Assembly: GCA_038496445.1 (NCBI GenBank) | Contig: JALMLS010000431.1 | Location: forward strand, 1 to 38,029 | DNA: 38,029 bases | DNA from: Trichosphaerium sp. ATCC 40318 | Taxonomy: Eukaryota; Protista; Tubulinea | Reading direction: 5' to 3' | Shown: one piece after another, positions 25,001 to 36,700 of the stretch | Numbering within the stretch: the first letter of the stretch is position 1 | Layout of the letters: each line of letters begins with the position of its first letter | Notes under the pieces: generated by a model | What the model saw: the letters and a program-made list of their open reading frames with translations, nothing else | Databases searched by the model: none | What the model was told of the DNA's origin: nothing | Position numbers and translations under genes: made by a program

Positions 25001-28000
25001 TGGATGAACCTAGCTCTGGTATGGATCCAGTGTCAAGACGTCAAATATGGGATCTCCTCAAGTCCAAAAAAGAAAATAAGACTATTATTTTAACAACGCA
25101 TTTTATGGTAACCCTTTGACAGAAAGCATTACTACAAAACTAAATTGTTTTTTTTAGGAAGAAGCTGATATTCTAGGCGATAGAATTGCTATTATGAGTG
25201 ACGGTAATGTAGAGTGCTGTGGAAGTTCTTTGTTTCTAAAGAATAAGTACGGTGCTGGTTATTACCTATCTATTGAGAGGGATGATGACAAAAGTGATGA
25301 TGATATTTTAAAGTTGATACAAAGTACGATTTTACCTCCTTTTCTCTTGTAAACATTGCCCTTATTTTGGCGTAGAAAAGATAAAGAATGCAAAAGATAT
25401 AAGTGATGGCTCCTCCGACATGAAAGGTTTGTTTTATTACTTTTTTTTGAGATAGGTTTTTGCTCATTGTTTTCAGTTCTATTGCCGCTTGATGCTGTTT
25501 CAAAGTTTCCTAAGCTATTCGATACCCTTGAAAAAGAGGCTAAGAAGAACAAGAAAGGTAAACATGTTATTTTACCACTGTTGGTTACTAACGTATTTCT
25601 TCTGTAGGTCTTGACATCAAAGGATGCGGTATCTCCATGACTACCTTGGAAGATGTCTTTTTGACAATATCAAAGAAGCATTATGATGCTGAAATAGAAG
25701 ACGATAGCAGTTCAGAGGGTATAAACAAAGCAGACCTTACTGACGTCAGAATAGATGGCATAAATTTAGATGGTATGCCCTTGTGATTTGTCCCTTTCAA
25801 TTTATTTATATGCAATAGACGAACTTCCTTCAGCCAAAACACGCCATGCTTCTGGTTGGCAACAATTCTGTGCTCTGTTCAAGGTGTACTACCTATCTAT
25901 GAGACGTTATCTTTGTATGAGCATCTTTCTCTTTTTGCTTCCGCTCCTCTTGGCAATTCTTGGTATTTTTATCGCTAAAGTAGGCGGTAGCTCAACTCCA
26001 GACCCAGAGGCAGACTCGCTGGATTTTTCGTACGTGTTGTTATCTTCTGACACGCAACGTGTTGTTAAAGATATTTAGGGCAATCACGCCTTTGATAGTC
26101 CCATATGTACAGGATGCTGCTGTAAATGCCTCAGCGCTACTAGAATCCGTCACTTTGCCTGCTGTGCAGTTTGTACAACAGCAAGACTTTGATTCTTTGG
26201 CAGATTATATACTCAACGATCCTGCCACGCCTGATGTAGCCAGTCAACATCGTCACTTTGCTTACAGGTTTAATGCTGTAAATGCAAGTGCGTTTGATGT
26301 CACTATAATGTACAATGACACGGAACCACTTTCAATGGCTACTGGCATGAATATGTTTACAAAGATGGTTGCATCACTCTTGTTGAATGTTCCTCTTGCT
26401 ACACAAAACATCACAACAGTACGAAGTGTTTTATATATTAGCTGTTAGCAATTTTTTCATTATATTAACTTGTTCCTACAGAATCTTTTGGGAGCTACCA
26501 AGGCGCCTTTAACAGGTAGAACAACTGACAGAAATGGTACCGGCCTCATAGGTTTGGTTTTATTCTTGGCCGCTGTAAATATCTTGGTCATTAAAGCTAG
26601 AAAAATTGTTGATGAAAGACAACAGAACATTAGATTCTTGATGGAACTATCTGGTATGCGCCCTTCGGCTTACTGGGCTGCTAAAGGTCTTGGCGACTTT
26701 CTGTTACTACAGTTGAGTTTCGTGCTTGTATACATAGCGCTGTTTATTGGGCGGAGTAAGTTTCTTTGCATATTTTTTTTGTATTACTTTCACTAACAGC
26801 GATTCAGTTGATGCGTTTGAAGGCATTAACTTTTTTGGCCTGATCATCGTAACAGAACTTTACCTTATTTCTCTTCTCTTCTTTAATTACGCTTTCACTC
26901 AGTTCTTTGATAAGGGATCCACTGCGTTCAGTGCGTATTACTACAAGATTTTCTTTACCAATCTGTTTACACTTTTTTTTAGAGTGGCTTCTAGTCGTAA
27001 ATGTTGCAGCAGCGTTCATACCAGGAATTGCTGTACTTCTTATTGATGTTGCACTTGGTTCTGCTAGTGAATCAGTACAAAAGGGTTTTGATGATATTGC
27101 ACCATACCTGAACTCAATCGTTCCACATGCGGCATATGTTGCAGCTATTGACGATTTGGAGACAATGAGTACTATAAACTTCTTGTTGGATAGGGGTACA
27201 TAGTTTAAAAAACAAAACCGTTTATGTGGGTTATTCAACCGCTTATTTTTAACCAGAGCAAACCTTTACAAACTTATTCAAATGGGGAAACAACTTAACT
27301 CTACGTATTGTGGCAATGCTTGTTCAAACCGTGATTGCTATAATTGTTCTGTGGATAATGGATATCAAAAACGACTCTATAAAAAAACACATACCCTCTC
27401 GTAAGCCAATCAAATATCTTAACCTTTTTGATTAACATTGAGTCCTTTAGAAACGTCAATGCGAAATGCTCCTGCAAAGCTTCCTATGGATGATGATGTA
27501 CGTGCTGAGTCAGATAAGCTTCAAAACGATCCAGGCTATGATCCAGTTGTTCAAGCAAGAGATGTTTGGAAGCGCTATGGCAGTTATCATTCTGTTCGTG
27601 GCATAAGTATGGGCATGCAAAAACAAGAGTGTTTCGGATTACTGGGCCCTAATGGCGCTGGCAAGACTACCACAATTGGAATGTTAACCAGACGCATTGC
27701 TCCTTGGGCTGGAGATATTTCTTTGGGTGGTCAGACTGTGTATCAAGACAAGCATACCCTTTATAACAACACTCATATTGGTACGTTACCAAGAAATCGT
27801 TGAACCTTCTTGTAGTATTAACTGTTAGTTTGAAGGATGTTGTCTACAGTTCGATGCTCTGTATGGTTACTTGACACCTGCTGAACACTTAGATCTCTAT
27901 TTACGCTTAAGAAATGATGTAAGTGATATTGATGTAAAGCGTGCTGTTCATAATGCTTTGGATAACATTACTTTAATTCCATACAAATCGAGGTACATGA

Positions 28001-29010
28001 AAATATAAAAAAAACCCGTCACGTGACATTTCCACTAATTTAATAACTTACAGAATGTCAAAGAACTTGAGTGGTGGTAACAAACGTAAACTCTCAGTTG
28101 CTATCTCTATGCTTCCTGGAAACTCAGTTGGTGCGTATTAGCCTGAAATCTTACCTATTTTTTTTGTTAACGTCATGTTCTAGTGTTCCTTGATGAACCT
28201 AGTACTGGTATGGATCCTTCTGCCAGGCGGTCTTTATGGAACGTTGTGAAAGAAGAGCAACGCCGAAATGATAGATGTATAGTTCTTACTACACACTCAA
28301 TGGAAGAAGCTGAAGCATTGTGCTCCCGTATTGGTATCATGGTATTAGGAGAGCTCAAGTGCTTGGGTACAACACAGCATCTAAAAACGCGGTTTGGAAA
28401 AGGTAAACAAAAAAATTGTATGTTGTTTTTGCTAAGTTTGTTTCTTTTCTTAGGCTACCGTTTGAACATAACAGCATCTGCTTCCGATAAAGATATTCTT
28501 TGCAAGTATGCAGATTCCTTGGCGGATTCAGGAAAAGCAACGCTTTTGGAGCAATTTTCTGGGCACTTCACGTTTGATCTTGGACAGCTAAAGTCGCTTG
28601 CAAGAGTATTCCGTGCTATTGAGGATGAAAAAGATAACCTTGGTATCTTAGATTATTCTGTGTCACAGACATCATTAGAACAGGTATTCTTGCACTTTGC
28701 ACAGCAACAAACACGGGGAGACGATGAAGAAGCGTCAGGAAAACCTATGGCTCCTGCTTTAGATGTACAACCTTTAAGCTCAGACGCAAATGATTCCTCT
28801 GAAGTAGAATCAGTTCAAGAAGAAGAATCAGCACAACAATACTCGGCACCAAAGGAGTCCGATGAAGCATTAGTACAAGAAAACTCAAGTGAAGAGTCTG
28901 AAGAGTATGATGAAGCATCTGAGGATGAGTCTGGAGAAGAGTCCGAAGAGTCAGTACAAGAGGGCTCAAGTGAAGACGAATCCAGTGATGCTGATGTTGA
29001 GATGGTGTAA
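22017..29010 (+). CDS. Full-size ABCA-family ABC transporter (2 TMD + 2 NBD), many short introns
   Basis: ABCA N-terminus [20 protein letters not shown]1 has [21 protein letters not shown] and [13 protein letters not shown]2 has [21 protein letters not shown] and [10 protein letters not shown]. It also has [25 protein letters not shown] and an acidic tail. Confidence 0.95.
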
Positions 29011-29599
29011 GAACATGCTCATGGAGCATTGCAGTGGCCGATTACTAACCCAATTACCACCCTTGGCTATGTACATATCAAAGCGATTGAGCCACAAAAA
29101 ATAATGTTGATAACAAAATAAAACTAATATTAACTTAATGTGTGTTTTAATAAACTCCTATTGATGGAATATATTGTATAGCGTATAAAAGTCATTGCAT
29201 TGTTGTGAATGCAAGTTTGTGCCTTGATTTACAATGATGTGGTGTTGTGTAATAACGTAATTGTGTACATGTTCTTTATTTTGTTGGCAAAACCTTTGTG
29301 CCAGTTAAATAAAATGTTGTATTGAATAATTACTCATATAACATTGTATTTATTATATTGTGTGCAAGTTGATAGAAATCATAGCTATCATAGTATAAAA
29401 ACCCCAAAAGAAGGCTAGGCACAGAGTGTAACAAACAGATGCCTAAAATCCAAACTACATCATAAAGGTAAAGTGTAAACAACAATAAAAGATGTAAAGT
29501 AACAATAAGGGAAATAATTAATCAAAACCTAAGCATTGTACTTTGTGCACAAGTAATAATAAATAGTAGCAAATAAAGCTGTAATGTAAATGAATTGTA

Positions 29600-29826
29600 C
29601 CCTAGCCCTAATTCCTATTAGGGTTGTAAACCTAACCCTAGCCCTAACAACCAACAATTGTTCTATAATTGTTAGGGTTATAAACCTAACCCTAGCCCTA
29701 AATCACATATTGTAATTACCAGCTAAAACCGTAGCCCTAGTAGATTATAATAACGATTAAAGTTATAGCCTAGAAGCCAATTAGAGTTAAGATTACCTAA
29801 ACCTCTAGGGTTTAGGGTTTAGGAGT
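29600..29826. repeat. Degenerate telomere-like repeats (CCCTAA/CCCTAG, then TTTAGGG), including a 30-bp direct repeat
   Basis: ttagggtt(g/a)taaacctaaccctagccctaa occurs at 29618-29647 and 29672-29701. tagggtttagggtttaggagt is at 29806-29826. Confidence 0.8.
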
Positions 29827-30044
29827 CTGCTACTATTTTTTTTTTCAAACCTTACATTTGCTTGTTAGTAACGTTTCGAGCTAATTTTGCCACATGCTAT
29901 TGCATGTAGAAATTTTCGTATGTTACAAGGGTCATAAAGATTAGTCCTTGTCATAATTTTGCATTTTTCTCATTATTTTCTTACTATTGTCTACATACAC
30001 AATTGTCATCAACAATGTCAATTGCATGTTTGAAATTGTGCATG

Positions 30045-30186
30045 AAACTAAAGTGTTTGTTTGAATTACAAAGACTTTAAGCAGATTCAGTGAAATAGCC
30101 TTGATAAAACTAAAGTGTATGTTTGAATTATAAAAACTTTGAAGAGATTCAATGAAATTGACATAATAAAACTAAAGTGCATGTTT
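30045..30186 (+). repeat. Tandem repeat with 62-bp period, about 2.3 copies
   Basis: aaactaaagtg starts at 30045, 30107 and 30169, with similar intervening sequence. Confidence 0.8.
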
Positions 30187-30352
30187 ATTTATTATTTGAT
30201 AAATAACAATGTATGTACACTTTTTTTTTTTTTTATAATTATTAATCAATTTCAAAGAACGTAGGTGTCCCCTGGTATTGACATACATATGCATGTGTGA
30301 TTCAATCGCCGTCACGTGATATTGTCTTAGTTTGACTTTATCAAAACACAGG

Positions 30353-30437
30353 ATGAGCAACAACAATGCAGACTCTCCTACATCTAAGGGCTCTGAAAAG
30401 CCTATAAATGCTAGGAGAATACCCAAGCAGAAAAAAG
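30353..30437 (+). other. Orphan first exon (MSNNNADSPTSKGSEKPINARRIPKQKK, phase 1), paralogous to the first exon at 31560-31666
   Basis: It has the same aggATGAGC start context, a basic C-end, a g|gtac donor and a downstream hairpin, all as in the second copy. Confidence 0.55.
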
Positions 30438-30746
30438 GTACCAACTTCCTTCTTTTTTTTTTTATCCCCTTCCATTAGGCTTTATTAATTAAATAAAGCC
30501 TAATGGAAGGGGTTTTTTTGATTTTAAAGGGTTTTTTTAAATCCCTAATTTTTCTTTGAATATTTTTCGTTGAACCTCGTCGCACATGTATACGCATGTC
30601 ATGATAGGTCGCCATAGCAAAGCATTTGAGGACATATTCTATGTGTATCAATGTTAGCTATGTGCTTTATCGTGTACAGGCATATATGTGTTTTTGATGG
30701 GTTTATTTTTAATATTAATTATATAACAAGTCAATGTATGTACGCA

Positions 30747-31169
30747 TACGTTCCGAGGTCGGAACTCATGTTTACATACATTGACTTTTTTGGATTACGT
30801 TCCGAGCTCGGAACGTATGTTTACATACGTTGACCTGTTCGGGTATGTCCCGAGCTCGGAACGTACGTTTACATACGTTGACCTGTTCGGGTACGTCCCG
30901 AGCTCGGAACATACGTTTACATACGTTGACCTGTTCGGGTACGTTCCGAGGTCGGAACTCATGTTTACATACATTGACTTTTTTGGATTACGTTCCGAGC
31001 TTGGGACGTACGTTTACATATGTTGACCTGTTCGGGTACGTTCCGAGCTCGGGACGTACGTTTACATACGTTGACCTGTTCGAGTACGTTTCGAGCTCGG
31101 AACGTACGTTTACATACGTTGACCTGTTTGGATACGTTCCGAGCTCGGAACGTATGTTTACATACATTG
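30747..31169. repeat. Minisatellite of about 9 x 48-49 bp units, each containing the 22-bp palindrome TACGTTCCGAGCTCGGAACGTA
   Basis: Units start at 30747, 30796, 30844, 30892, 30940, 30989, 31037, 31085 and 31133. A variant unit recurs at 30747 and 30940, giving a 193-bp higher-order period. Confidence 0.95.
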
Positions 31170-31212
31170 TTTTATATATTTGGTTGATATTTCTATTTTA
31201 ACTTGTTTATTG

Positions 31213-31246
31213 TTAGGGTTAGGTTTTAGGGTTAGGGTTTAGGAGT
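31213..31246 (+). repeat. Telomere-like TTAGGG/TTTAGGG tract ending in ttaggagt
   Basis: The sequence is ttagggttaggttttagggttagggtttaggagt, with the same terminal junction as 29806-29826. Confidence 0.8.
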
Positions 31247-31569
31247 ATGTACCAACCCTATTTTTTTGTACACTACTCTACCCTGTTGTAAAATTTTTTC
31301 GATTTTTTTGGCTTTTTTTTATGTTTTTTGCACATACAATCTCCCTGTAGGGTTACAGCAAGATAGGGTTTTTTACAAACCCAGGACCTCATCAACAATC
31401 TTGCAAACTGTCAAATTCTCATTTTTTTCTTACTTTTTTTAAACAGGCGAAATTTCCGATTCACATTTCGAAACACGAAATTTTCCTGTCTATTTCTCAA
31501 CGCAATTATTGGGGGAAAAAAAGCCTCATTTTACTTTTTTGACTTTTCATAAATCAAGGATGAGCTCAG

Positions 31570-32764
31570 ATGAAGACTTCTCTCATAAACATTGAGTTTT
31601 CTGATGAGGATGAGCCCTCCAAAGAAGCTGATGGTAAGCCCAGGCTCAGGAGGAAGAGAGTACTAGGTACTAACCTCTTTTTTACTCTTTGTTTTTTTTA
31701 AAACCCCCTTTATTAGTCTTATTTTAATTTTTAAAGACTAATAAAGGGGGTTTTTTTGCTTTTAAATGGTTTTTTCAAAACCCTTAATTTTTCAAATAAA
31801 TTTCGAAAAAAAATGACGGTTTTTGTACACGGTTTCCATGTGTCCGATTTTTTCGTTACCATGCGGTTTTTTTGCATGGTAGAACCAAACCCAAACGAGG
31901 GTTTCGTAACACGCAGAACGTGTGTGCGTTGTTTTTCATTTGGTTTTGGTTCACACTGTTTTATTTTGCTTTAATTTTCAACAGCGAGCTCGCCGTGGCA
32001 TTAGAACACGTATATCGCGTGTTAGAAAGTCGCGCTAGTTGGCGGTTGGTTTTGGTACACAATTAAATTGTGTACTTTTTTTTTAATTTTTTTTGTTGTT
32101 TTGCTTTTTTTACAGACCATGAGCTCGCTGTACGGTTTTAAACACGCTTTTTACGTGTTTGTACATGACCGCGAGCTCGTGGTCGGTTTTTGTACACATA
32201 AAAAGTGTGTACTTTTTTAAAAACCGTTTTTTTATAAAGTCTTGCTTTATAACTGACTGTAAGCTTGCTGCATGGTATACAACACATGTTTATTGTGTTC
32301 ATACCTGACCGCGAGCTCGCGGTCGGTTTTTGTACACATAAAAAGTGTGTACTTTTTAAAAAACCGTTTTTTTTTTATAAAGTCTTGCTTTATAACTGAC
32401 TGCAAGCTTGCCGTTGTGTACGTAACACGTTTTTAATGTGTTCGTTTCCGACCGCGAGCTCGAGGTCATACTTTCCACACAAAAAAAACGTGTTTGTATA
32501 TTTATTTAATGTGCCATCTTCTAATACTCTTTTTAGCTCCAACAAGCCCTGGTTGGATGATTGTGAGTACCCATGGAAACCACAACACTGAAACAAAAAT
32601 TGTGGGTACTTTCATTGGAGAACACAGAGATGTTATCTTTGGTTTTGAGTAAGTTGGTTGTTTTTTTGGTTTTTTTTTTGTTTTGTCCATTTTTTTTTTT
32701 TTATCCATTAAATTTTGCGTTCTATGCAACACGCGTGTCGCATGTTCGTAAACGTAGCTGTCAT

Positions 32765-32810
<46 letters not shown>

Positions 32811-33683
32811 TTTTAATTCATTTCAACTAATTTATCTATGTAGAGGTGTTATCATAGCCAACCAGTTGGTTTATGCTAAAACCATGCCCATCAAGAGGAT
32901 GAAGAGATGCCTAAATGGGTTTTTTGCTGCCAGCTTTGACAATGTGTTGGAGTCCCAAATAACTCCTAACAACAAGCTGAAGGCAGCATTCAAGGTACGT
33001 TTTCCTATACGTACACGTTCGGGCTGTGTTCGTTTTATTTCAGTTTTTTTTTTTAATTTTTTTTTGATTTTTTTCCCTAAAGTATTCATAACACATTTTT
33101 CATGTGTCGAACGTGCGACCGCGAGCTCGCGGTCGTGTACGAACACTTAAATATCCTGTTGTAAAATCGTCGGCTTTTAGTGGTTTTTTTTTTTTTTTTT
33201 TTTTTAAATTAATTTGTTTCTGTAGGAGAGATTTCCATTTGTTGAAGGAGTAGACCAACTGCAGAAGTTTATCAAAGACGTCAGAAAAATCTACTCCTCG
33301 GACGAAGAAAAGTGGTGGAAGCCGATGCACTTCGAAGGCAACTACACCAGAGATTACAAAGAGCACGAACCCATGCCGAGAGAACACGGAGATGAGGAAT
33401 CAGAGGTAGAGGAGAAGGAGAGAAATGGATGGATTATAAGCTGCAAGTGGAGACAGTTGTATTGGCAGGTGCTACTCTGGACTGGCATATTCTACACAGC
33501 CATGGGACTTCATGTCACAGATTCTTGGTACTACATTGCCCTTCTTTTGGTCCATTTTAGAGATTCCTTGAGCTTTGGCAATGATTCAGATTTCCATCTC
33601 TTTGTGGAGTAAGTAACAATTTTCGCGATATTTTTTTAACACGCGTTCAACGTGTTCGAAAACGAACGACGTTCATTTTTTTG

Positions 33684-33714
<31 letters not shown>

Positions 33715-36700
33715 TTTTAACTTTTATGTAGCTACATGAAGACAGGCACCAATAAATTGAATGGCTGCATCATAAAGCCATCAATACAAAAGGGCCTGCT
33801 AAGAGGGATTGCTGCCAACTCTATCAACAAGAAGTATCTGAGAGTGAAGAAGCCCTCATTTTACAAAGGCCCCTTGGACATGTCACACATAGCTTGTTTT
33901 TTGAATGTCAGAGGAGTCAACCCCAGGAACATTATACAGAAGATGCCTATTTATGAAACCTTCACCAAAAGGTTTGTGCTTTGCCCTATGCCTATTGTTT
34001 GGTGTGATGAATACAATACAGACCCTATTGTTGGCTTTGGAGTTGGAGATGGAGCACACTGTCTTTTGACAGAGTTGGCGTACGTTCGCGAATATTTTCG
34101 AACACGTATTTTACGTGTCGGTCGACCGACCGCGAGCTCGCGGTCACGTTCGAACACGAGATTTTCCTGTCGTAAAAAACCTCGAACGACGAACCTTTTT
34201 TTTGTTTTTCTGGTTTTTTACTTTTCCTTACCTTATTGTTCAATTGTTTCTTACTTGTTTGCCTTAGACAAAATGCAGCTAAAACCTGCAAATTTGCAAT
34301 CAAGAATGTGGAGTGGATAAATCCTTTCGCCAAGATGCAAGCGATAGCGATCTACTGCACCAAGATCAACTTTCTGCAAAGTCTGACCACTCCAGACTCC
34401 AAGGTGGATCGCTACCGCCACCTGTTCAAGATGTGGTGCGACGACGCGGGCCAGGTCTTCGATTACCAAGCGGAGGCGGGAGATATAGGTAAGGTGAATT
34501 TTGCGATATGGGGAGCCAGCAGAGTCAAACCTCAGCTCAGTCCTGCTCAATGGAAAGAGGTGAGGGTTGTTTTTTTTTTTATTTTGATCTTTTTTTTTTT
34601 TTTTTTTTTTTTTTCGCAAGTATTTTTAAACAGAGGTTTCGCGTGTCGTAGATCGTACCGCGAGCTCGCGGTCACGTACGAACACTAAAATACTCTGTTG
34701 TAAAACCGACGATTTTTAGTTTGTATTTTTTTTTTATTTGTATGTTATAACTGATTGTTTTGTTTAGTTTTTGGTTAAGATGAATCTATACTTTCCATAT
34801 GTGACCAACTGGAAAGAAAGCAAGCAGTTTGTTAAGGCTGGCATGTTTTTTGAGCCATTGGACAGTGCTCTGATAGCAGAATTGGTTGCATCTGCTGAAA
34901 ATGTGGTACGTAGGCTTTCGTCTTTATTCTAACACGCATTTCGCGTGTCGAAGTACGGACCGCGAGCTCGTGGTCGGTTTCGAACACGCATTTTGTGTGT
35001 TAGAATAAAGTTTCGGTAGTTCACTCACACTCTCATCATAGCACACCAAACATCCAGTGGGCTACAGGACTAGAATATTGGCTCATGCTGCATGGGCAGA
35101 GTTACCTCTCCATGCCAGAATAGCAGTAAGTCAAGTACCTTTTATATTTTTTTTTTGAAAAAAGGGTTTGTGCCTAACTTGTACATTTAGTTTGTCAAGG
35201 CACTGACCTGCAGGGTGTATCATGAGACCAATCAATCTTATTATTTGCAGAGGTACAAGAACTGCAGCCAATATATCACACAGGTACAAAAAAAAAAAAA
35301 ACCAATCGGTCAGTTTTTTTTTGTTGTTTTTTTTTTTGTTGTTTTTTTTTTTTTTCTTCTCCCTCCACCCTCATCTAACTTTAACTCGAGGCCTTGAGAC
35401 AGCTGAACGAGCTCGGTTGGTACGAGCTCTCGTGGGACACGAGCACCGAGGAGGAGCACGTGAATTTCGCGAACAGCCTGCGTCCGTGTATATTTCGCCA
35501 GCTTCTGATGTACGACCTGCACTTGCTTTGGACCGGCACCACAGAAGATGGCCAAAAATTGCCCAAGATGGTTATAGAAGAGATGAAGTACAAGCAAGCA
35601 GCAACGGTGCTCTCTTTCTCTCACACTGCCCTGTTGTCTATGCAGTGCTTGGATTTGCCTGAGGTGGAGGAAGCAAGTAAGTGTCATTTTTTTTTTTTTT
35701 ACACTACACATCCAATGTCGCGCTCGGCGCTACACGCGAATCGCCTGTTCGTCGAACGTAGCGGTCGTACTCTTTTCTTTTTTTTTTTTTTTTTTTTTCT
35801 CCCCTAGTTTACTTTTAAACTAATGTCCTTTGTAGCTCCTCAGTTAGAAGCCATGTTGGAGAATGCCTACTTACCTTTTAGAGATACAAGGGCCAAGAAC
35901 ACTGCCAATGCAAGGGCAAGTGAAGGCAGTGCCATAAACAGGCATAAAAAAAAAGGTAAAGGCAAAGGCAAGAAAAAGAAGCCTATGGTTAAAACAACTC
36001 CTCCTACATCAGATGAAGAAGAAGATTTTGAAGAAAAAGAAGATGAGGATGAGGATGAGGTTGAGGATGAGGTTGAGGATGAGGTTTCAGAAGAAATCCA
36101 GCTGCAAAAAAGACCAAGAAGAAGCAGCAGAGCACATGGGTTGTTCAAAAAATCAAGTGAGCCTTGGTTTGAAAGTGTAGTAACTCACAGACCGATCGTA
36201 CTCGGTACGAACACGATCGCGATGTGTTGGTTTGTTTTTTTTTTCCCTTTCTCTTTTTTTTTTTTTTTTTTTTTCATAAACCAATGTACCAGTTGATGTT
36301 ATTTAGATTCTGATAAACCACAGCCTTCTACATCAAAACGTGATGTAAATAAAAGGTCAGGACCAACAAAGATGACCACAAGAAGCAGTCAGAGACTAAA
36401 ACGAGGTACGTTAAATGTGAACACATATTCTCTGTGTTCAAATTCGACCGCGAGCTCGCGGCGGGTCGCCGACACCTACTTTACCTGTTGAAAAATAGCT
36501 CGGCCGGTTTTTTTTTTGTTTTTGACATAACTCAGCACTCATGTTGTTCTTACTTAGCACTTGCACCATCCAACAATGGTGAATCTTCTTCTGAGAAGCC
36601 TGCTGCCTCTTCCTCTCAATATGGCTCTCAATCCACCCAACCTCTAACTCCAAGAACCAAGAGGAGAAGAAGTTTGGCTTTGAGAAAGGGATTGTTGCAA

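Noticed and set aside
30747-31169. CRISPR-like array of regularly spaced palindromes
   Set aside because: The linkers are near-identical rather than unique spacers, there are no cas genes, and the context is eukaryotic.
30781-31201. ORFs with YVPSSERTFTYVDLFG repeats
   Set aside because: These are a by-product of a 48-bp unit. The 49-bp variant units break the frame.
29600-31246. True chromosome end or telomere fusion
   Set aside because: The tracts are short and degenerate, genes continue on both sides, and the overall orientation is not a simple TTAGGG-to-CCCTAA fusion.
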